Origin: Pelagibacteraceae bacterium AG-390-O04
Lineage (GTDB): Bacteria; Pseudomonadota; Alphaproteobacteria; Pelagibacterales; Pelagibacteraceae
Assembly (NCBI GenBank): GCA_003278065.1
Contig: QCHE01000002.1
Location: forward strand, 11,388 to 75,387
Length of the DNA: 64,000 nt
Direction: 5' to 3'
Part shown: piece after piece, positions 58,567 through 64,000 of the stretch
Layout: every line of letters begins with the position of its first letter
Position numbering within the stretch: the stretch's first letter is position 1
The notes under the pieces: generated by a model
The model's database searches: none
What the model was told of the DNA's origin: nothing
The model's input: the letters and a program-made list of their open reading frames with translations, nothing else
Made by a program: the position numbers and the translations under genes

Positions 58567-59058
58567 ATGAAAAAAAATAAAAATCTCAAAGTTTCAATCG
58601 TTATGGGAAGTCAATCTGACAGTAAAACAATGAAATTTGCATCAAATATACTCAAAAAATTAGGTATTAGGCATGAAATGAAAATAATATCAGCCCACAG
58701 AACTCCTAAAAGAATGTACGAATTTGCTAGTTCTGCTGAAAAAAATAATATTGGAGTGATAATAGCAGGTGCCGGTGGTTCAGCACATTTGCCAGGTATG
58801 ATTGCAGCATTAACATCAATACCAGTTTTAGGAGTCCCAATTGAGAGTAAAAAACTTAAAGGATTAGATAGCTTGCTTTCTATAGTTCAAATGCCTAAAG
58901 GTATACCTGTAGGCACTTTAGCTATAGGTCGGGATGGAGCAATAAATGCTGGATTGATTGCTGCCTCTATAATTGCAAATACTGATCCAACAATTAAAAA
59001 AAAATTAAATAATTGGCGATTATCCCAAACAAAATCAGTTAAAAAAAAACCCAAATAA
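58567..59058 (+). CDS. purE: N5-CAIR mutase
   Basis: MGSQSD, SAHRTP, AGAGGSAHLPGM, SIVQMP.GIPV. Confidence 0.96.
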   Translation: MKKNKNLKVSIVMGSQSDSKTMKFASNILKKLGIRHEMKIISAHRTPKRMYEFASSAEKNNIGVIIAGAGGSAHLPGMIAALTSIPVLGVPIESKKLKGLDSLLSIVQMPKGIPVGTLAIGRDGAINAGLIAASIIANTDPTIKKKLNNWRLSQTKSVKKKPK

Positions 59059-60104
59059 TGTCAACAATAAATCTAGGAATAATAGGTGGAGGTCAACTAG
59101 GAAGTATGCTTGCTATAGCTGCTAAAAAATTGAATATCAAGACAATTATTTACTGTGATGACATTGATGCGCCAGCTCAAAACTTTTGTAATGAATTTAT
59201 ATTTGCTGAATACAACGACAAAAAAAAAATTTCGGATTTTATTTCAAAAGTTAATTTAATTACTTACGAATTTGAAAATATACCTTTTGAAACCCTTAAT
59301 GAAATGAATAAATTCAAACCAGTTTTGCCGAAACCTTCCATAAATAGACTTATTCAACATAGATTGGCAGAAAAAGATTTTGTTAACAAACTAAATATAA
59401 GAACTACAAGATATGTATCTATTGAAAATAAAAAAGATTTAGCAACTTTGCAAGATTTTCTTCCAGGAATTTTAAAGATCTCTACTATGGGTTACGATGG
59501 TAAAGGTCAATATCCAATTAAAAAAATGGATGATTTAGATACATTAGATATTGATTTTTCAAAAGAATATATTCTTGAAAAGCTTGTAAAACTTAAAAAA
59601 GAAATTTCAGTAATTGTTACAAGATTTGGAAATAATAATTATGAGATATATGAACCAATAGAAAATACTCATGAAAATCAAATGCTTAAATATTCTAAAA
59701 TTCCAGCCGATATCAGTCAAAAGATATTAGATCAATCTAAAGAGTGGGCAACTAGAATTTCTGAAGAGTTAAAATATATTGGTACTCTTTGTGTTGAATT
59801 TTTTATTGATAGAAATGAAAATTTATATGTCAATGAAATTGCTCCTAGAGTTCACAACTCTGGTCATTTAACCATTAATGCTTATAACATAAGTCAATTT
59901 GAAAACCATATAAGAGCAATATGCTCTTTGGAAAAAATTCAACTTAAAAAACTATCTAATGCAATAATGATTAATTTAATTGGAAATCAAATTAATCCAT
60001 ATAGACAAAATTTAAAATTAAAAGATAATGAATTTTTCTTTGATTATCAAAAAAAAGAAGTTAAAGAAAAAAGAAAAATGGGCCATATAACAACTTTAAT
60101 TTAA
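59058..60104 (+). CDS. purK: N5-CAIR synthase
   Basis: GGGQLG.M, TYEFEN, GYDGKGQ, NEIAPRVHNSGH, RKMGH. Confidence 0.95.
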   Translation: MSTINLGIIGGGQLGSMLAIAAKKLNIKTIIYCDDIDAPAQNFCNEFIFAEYNDKKKISDFISKVNLITYEFENIPFETLNEMNKFKPVLPKPSINRLIQHRLAEKDFVNKLNIRTTRYVSIENKKDLATLQDFLPGILKISTMGYDGKGQYPIKKMDDLDTLDIDFSKEYILEKLVKLKKEISVIVTRFGNNNYEIYEPIENTHENQMLKYSKIPADISQKILDQSKEWATRISEELKYIGTLCVEFFIDRNENLYVNEIAPRVHNSGHLTINAYNISQFENHIRAICSLEKIQLKKLSNAIMINLIGNQINPYRQNLKLKDNEFFFDYQKKEVKEKRKMGHITTLI

Positions 60105-60572
60105 ATGATTACATCTATCGAAGGAAATTTTGATAATCCAGAAGTAAACGAACTTTTAACAAAACATTTTATTGAATTAAGAAAAGCTTCACCTGAAGGA
60201 AGTGCACATGTTTTAGATATTCCTGGTTTAAAGGTTCCATCAATAAAATTTTGGAGCTTATGGGAAAATGAAAAATTGTTAGGTTGTGGAGCACTAAAAT
60301 TTTTAGATGAAGGACATGGAGAATTTAAATCAATAAGAGTTCATGATAATTTTAGAAATAAAGGTAATGGGATCAAAGTTATAGAGCATCTCATTCAGGA
60401 AGCAAAAAAATTAGATATTAAAAAATTAAGTATTGAAACTGGAGCTGGAAAATTTTTTGAACCTGCTAGGAAATTGTTTAAAAAGTGTGATTTTAAACCA
60501 TGTAAACCATTTGCTCACTACAAGGAGGATGTAAATTCCTTATATTTTACGAAGTTTGTAAACAACAATTAG
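60105..60572 (+). CDS. GNAT family N-acetyltransferase (YedL-like)
   Basis: SP..S.H.LD, GCGALK, GEFKS.R, R.KG.G, ETG. Confidence 0.85.
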   Translation: MITSIEGNFDNPEVNELLTKHFIELRKASPEGSAHVLDIPGLKVPSIKFWSLWENEKLLGCGALKFLDEGHGEFKSIRVHDNFRNKGNGIKVIEHLIQEAKKLDIKKLSIETGAGKFFEPARKLFKKCDFKPCKPFAHYKEDVNSLYFTKFVNNN

Positions 60573-60689
60573 AATAAAAAAAGACTTTTAATCGTTAAAC
60601 TTGTTGACAAAACTAAATTAATTCTAAAGAAAGCGGTAATTACTTAATTATAAGTAATAAATTAACTAACAATAAGTAAGATAACAAAT

Positions 60690-60896
60690 ATGAGTCTACA
60701 AGGAAAAGTAAAATGGTTCAATCCAACCAAGGGTTTTGGTTTTATTGAAAGAGAAGATAAAGAAAAAGATGTTTTTGTTCATGTTTCAGCAGTAAGAGAC
60801 GCTGGTATGAACGGTTTAGATGAGGGTCAAGCTTTGACTTTCGATGTTGAAGATGGTCCTAAAGGTCCTTCAGCAGTTAACTTAAAAACTGCATAA
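60690..60896 (+). CDS. cspA: Cold-shock protein
   Basis: [31 protein letters not shown]. Confidence 0.93.
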   Translation: MSLQGKVKWFNPTKGFGFIEREDKEKDVFVHVSAVRDAGMNGLDEGQALTFDVEDGPKGPSAVNLKTA

Positions 60897-60910
60897 TTTT
60901 CACAAAATCA

Positions 60911-60973
60911 TTTATTGGCTATTAAATTTTTAATTCTTTAACTAAGAATTTATTTATTTTTATAGCCAATAAA
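60911..60973 (+). terminator. Long stem-loop downstream of the csp gene
   Basis: TTTATTGGCTAT...ATAGCCAATAAA 12-bp arms enclosing an inner AATTCTT/AAGAATT stem. Confidence 0.55.
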
Positions 60974-60989
60974 CTATTCTTCTTATTTA

Positions 60990-61343
60990 ATGAATAAGAG
61001 AAAAATTACCCAATTAAGTCATCTTAAATTTGAGCCATTCAATAAATATGGCAAAACTATTAAAGGTTGGTCTTGGCATAAAATAAGTTTTAATGAAAAA
61101 ACAAATTTTGGAACATATATATCTAAATTAGAACCTGGCACCAAAACACTACCACATCTTCATACAGGTCATGAAGAATTTTTAATACTAGAAGGAGAAT
61201 TAATAGATTCTGATGGCACAATTTTTAAAAAAGGTGACTTTATATCTTATGAACCAAATAGTTCTCACTCTTCTTATACAAATAAAGGTTGTTTGATTTT
61301 AACTTTCATGAGAGGACGTAATAATAAACTTAATGAAAAATAA
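60990..61343 (+). CDS. ChrR-like cupin protein
   Basis: PGT..LPHLH.GHEE..ILEG.L.D, SSHS. Confidence 0.8.
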   Translation: MNKRKITQLSHLKFEPFNKYGKTIKGWSWHKISFNEKTNFGTYISKLEPGTKTLPHLHTGHEEFLILEGELIDSDGTIFKKGDFISYEPNSSHSSYTNKGCLILTFMRGRNNKLNEK

Positions 61344-61349
61344 AAAAAT

Positions 61350-62100
61350 ATGATTGGTATTTTAGGAGGAATGGGAACACAAGCTGGACTAGACTTTTGT
61401 AATAAACTTGCGATTTTATACAGAGGAAAAATTGACCAGGAATATCCTTTATTTATTTTATATAACAAATCAAACATACCTGGAAGACCTGAGTCCATTG
61501 GAGTTCAAACCAAAAATCTTTTTAATAAGTTTACTAATAAAAAAAATAAATACAAATATTCTTTAGTTTTAAAAAGTTTGATTAATGGTTGTAAGATTTT
61601 AAAAGCAAGTAAATGTAAGTTTATAGTAATTCCATGTAATACTGCACATTATTGGTATAGTGATTTAAAAAAGAAAATTAATTTACCAATAATAAATATG
61701 CCGGAAGAAGTTTTTAAATTTACAAAAAAAAAAATGTAAAAAAAATTCATCTATAGGATTACTTGCTACAGAAGGTACCTTAAAAACAGGAGTATATAAC
61801 AAATTTTTTGACAAAGATTTTAAGCTTATATGCCCAAATAAAATTTTTCAAAAAAAATCTGTAAATAAAGCCATCAAATTAGTTAAAATGGGAAATGTTA
61901 AAGCTGCAAATAAGATAATTAAACCAGCTATAGATTATTTAATAAAAAAGAAATGTAATAAAATTATTTTAGGATGTACAGAATTACCTATAGCAATTTT
62001 TGCTTTTAAGTCTTTTAAAAATGTAAAATCTTCAAAAATATTTTTAGATCCCAATTTAATTTTAGCTAATGCAGCAAAAAAAAAGTACCAAAAAAGTTAA
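61350..62100 (+). pseudogene. Aspartate/glutamate racemase, split by a frameshift in an A11 run
   Basis: IGILGGMG, IPCNTAH in the first frame; IGLLATEGT and ILGCTELP in the shifted frame after A11 at 61724-61734. Confidence 0.8.
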
Positions 62101-62537
62101 TGCAATCAAAAGAAAAGCCCTATGTTTTGTTTGTTGCGGAAAAAATATATATAGAAGTTTCTAAAATAAAAAAAAAGAATCCTGATTTTTCAAATATCGA
62201 CGCTATCGAAAACTTTATTGGATCTAAAGTATTTAAAGAAATAAGTAGTGGTAAATTTCACGATTTGTGGTTTGAAGAACTTAAAAAAAATGATTTTTTT
62301 GATAAAAGATATAAAAAAAAAATTCCAACTGAAACTATTAGGTTATTAGAAATTCAAAAAGAGATGGTTGTTAAACAATTAATTCAATTTCCAGAACTTT
62401 ATTATACTAAAAATCACTTTCCACTAGAAATCTCTCAGAGAGCATTTGATCAATTATGGCGAATGTGTGAGAGTTATGAGTTATGGTGTAAAGAAACCAA
62501 ACAAAAGAATTTAATATATTTAAAAATTATTGATTGA
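62100..62537 (+). CDS. Hypothetical protein
   Basis: 145-aa ORF with TAATG coupling. Confidence 0.7.
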   Translation: MQSKEKPYVLFVAEKIYIEVSKIKKKNPDFSNIDAIENFIGSKVFKEISSGKFHDLWFEELKKNDFFDKRYKKKIPTETIRLLEIQKEMVVKQLIQFPELYYTKNHFPLEISQRAFDQLWRMCESYELWCKETKQKNLIYLKIID

Positions 62538-62838
62538 CTTTTAATTTTAATTTTTTGTGAGATAGCGTGATTCTTTTTTCAACAAGTTTTCTAAGCTCCT
62601 CATTTAAATGTTTTTTACTATTTTGTTTATTCACTTCTTCTCTAACTAAGTCTAGTGAATTTTTACCAGTCTTCTTTTTAATAGATTGATCAATTAATAT
62701 TTGAGCACCGGCTTTGTAAACTTTGCCTGATGAAACAATAGTTACACTTGGACCAAGCAAGGAAGCAAAAGGTAAAAATCCTGTTAAAAATATAAACGAA
62801 AATAAAATTAACAAAATTCTAAAAAGCTTTAATGTCAT
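62527..62838 (-). CDS. Hypothetical membrane/exported protein
   Basis: 103-aa ORF with a hydrophobic N-terminus. Confidence 0.6.
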   Translation of the reverse strand: MTLKLFRILLILFSFIFLTGFLPFASLLGPSVTIVSSGKVYKAGAQILIDQSIKKKTGKNSLDLVREEVNKQNSKKHLNEELRKLVEKRITLSHKKLKLKVNQ

Positions 62839-62943
62839 CCTATAACATTAAGTGATTTGCTAGCTGTCATCAATTAAGAAATAGTCCAAAATAGGGTAAA
62901 AAATTTAATAATTTCAACAAATATTAGTTTATAAAATGAATTA

Positions 62944-63792
62944 ATGATTAAAATTTTTCCTTTAATATTTATTGTTCTTTGGTCTTCCGCTTTTATAACT
63001 ACTAAACCAATAATCGATAATAGTGATCCTTTTGCAGCATTAGCCTTTCGATTTTTTTTTGTTGCTATAGGTTTTTATTTATTTTCGATCTATTCAAAAT
63101 ATTCAATAATTGTTAATAGAAAAAATTTTATTGAGTCAATTTTAAGTGGAGTGCTTTTTCATGGATTTTATTTAGGTGGAGTATTCTACTCTATCTCTAT
63201 TGGTATGCCTACTGGTATTGCGGCATTAATAGTAACACTGCAGCCTGTTTTAACTAATGCACTAAGTGGACCTATACTTGGTGAAAAAGTAACTGTAAAA
63301 CAATGGATCGGTGTTTTACTTGGATTTGTAGGTGCAGCATTAGTTTTAGGTTTTGATGTAGGCACTAATATTCCTTTTATGGGTTTGGTTGCAACAATCG
63401 TCGCATTAATTGCAATTACAACCTCTACAATTTGGCAAAAAAAATTAAGTAACAATTTACCTTTGTCAGTAAGTAATTTTTATCAAGCTGTTGGTGGATG
63501 TTTATTTCATATTTTAGTAATAATAATTTTTGCTGAACCATATATTAATTTTACAAAAACCTTTATTATTGCCATGAGTCATCAAATACTTTTAGTATCA
63601 TTTGGAGCTTTTACAATATTGATGTATTTGATTAAGAACAATTCTGCGAGTAAGACTGTTTCAATATTTTTTTTAATTCCAGCTACATCTGCTTTTATGG
63701 CTTGGCTTTTTTTAAATGAGAGATTAACTAACTTAGATATTTTAGGTTTCTTAATAACCACAATAGGTGTTTATATTGCTACAAGGGATTAG
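62944..63792 (+). CDS. DMT/EamA family transporter
   Basis: 10 TM; LWSSAF, ALIVTLQP, LGEK, FLNE repeats. Confidence 0.88.
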   Translation: MIKIFPLIFIVLWSSAFITTKPIIDNSDPFAALAFRFFFVAIGFYLFSIYSKYSIIVNRKNFIESILSGVLFHGFYLGGVFYSISIGMPTGIAALIVTLQPVLTNALSGPILGEKVTVKQWIGVLLGFVGAALVLGFDVGTNIPFMGLVATIVALIAITTSTIWQKKLSNNLPLSVSNFYQAVGGCLFHILVIIIFAEPYINFTKTFIIAMSHQILLVSFGAFTILMYLIKNNSASKTVSIFFLIPATSAFMAWLFLNERLTNLDILGFLITTIGVYIATRD

Positions 63793-63798
63793 TAATAT

Positions 63799-64000
63799 CT
63801 ATATTGATTTATAACCAAATTCTAGAGATGCATCTGTAATAGAATGATACAAAGATTCCCCAAAACTTCTCAAAGTAAATAATCTTACTTTATTAGGATT
63901 ATTTTCCAACATATCAATGGTCAGTGTTATTCCATTATAAATAGAATTAACGGATTTGTTTCTTTCTAAAACATTAAAATTAAATGGACATCCTTTTTTT
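63799..64000 (-). CDS. soxG: Sarcosine oxidase gamma subunit-like, C-terminal part
   Basis: Read manually: KGCPFNF...RSFGESLYHSITDASLEFGY then stop at 63799. Confidence 0.7.
   Translation of the reverse strand, partial: KKGCPFNFNVLERNKSVNSIYNGITLTIDMLENNPNKVRLFTLRSFGESLYHSITDASLEFGYKSI

Noticed and set aside
60990-61343. Cupins (this one and 21200-21550) as DMSP lyase DddK/DddW
   Set aside because: Motif spacing fits ChrR-like and another generic cupin family; no positive evidence for a lyase.
756-63455. About 30 short antisense or alternate-frame ORFs in the track (e.g. 756-980, 8809-9060, 14968-15345, 21953-22318, 47042-47368)
   Set aside because: They lie entirely or almost entirely within well-supported genes and show no motifs or SD; treated as shadow ORFs.
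1-64000. CRISPR arrays, tRNA/rRNA genes, IS elements, defence systems
   Set aside because: No spaced direct repeats, cloverleaf or GC-rich RNA segments, transposase or nuclease ORFs were seen.

Overview
AT-rich (about 30% GC), gene-dense bacterial chromosome segment with overlapping or abutting genes, very consistent with a marine SAR11/Pelagibacter-type alphaproteobacterium (inferred from composition and gene content). No rRNA, tRNA, CRISPR, phage or IS element was seen. The window is dominated by uptake and catabolism of organosulfur compounds and methylated osmolytes: a taurine/sulfonate cluster (ald, omega-aminotransferase, TauABC-like, ComC-like, pta, hpsN), cysE-cysK, persulfide dioxygenase, rhodanese, ProVWX-like and Fe(III) ABC transporters, acuI, dimethylglycine dehydrogenase-like with ETF/ETF-QO, a Rieske oxygenase, a metF-gcvT-like pair and a soxG end, among housekeeping genes (mnmA, recX, folE, hisI, purEK, csp). 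The best candidates for undescribed biology are: (1) a cytoplasmic, eukaryote-like SELENBP1/methanethiol-oxidase homologue translationally coupled to a 2Fe-2S ferredoxin and a CoA-binding protein, with no mauG/sco; (2) a nine-gene operon of small uncharacterised proteins ending in an SMR pair that lacks the essential membrane glutamate; (3) ABC permeases with large periplasmic appendages; (4) several unannotated small ORFs (a basic 27-mer, a CxxCxxxC peptide after the iron-binding protein, a Zn-ribbon); and (5) an atypical M19 amidohydrolase/DUF3726 module. All functional calls come from motif recognition, not database searches.
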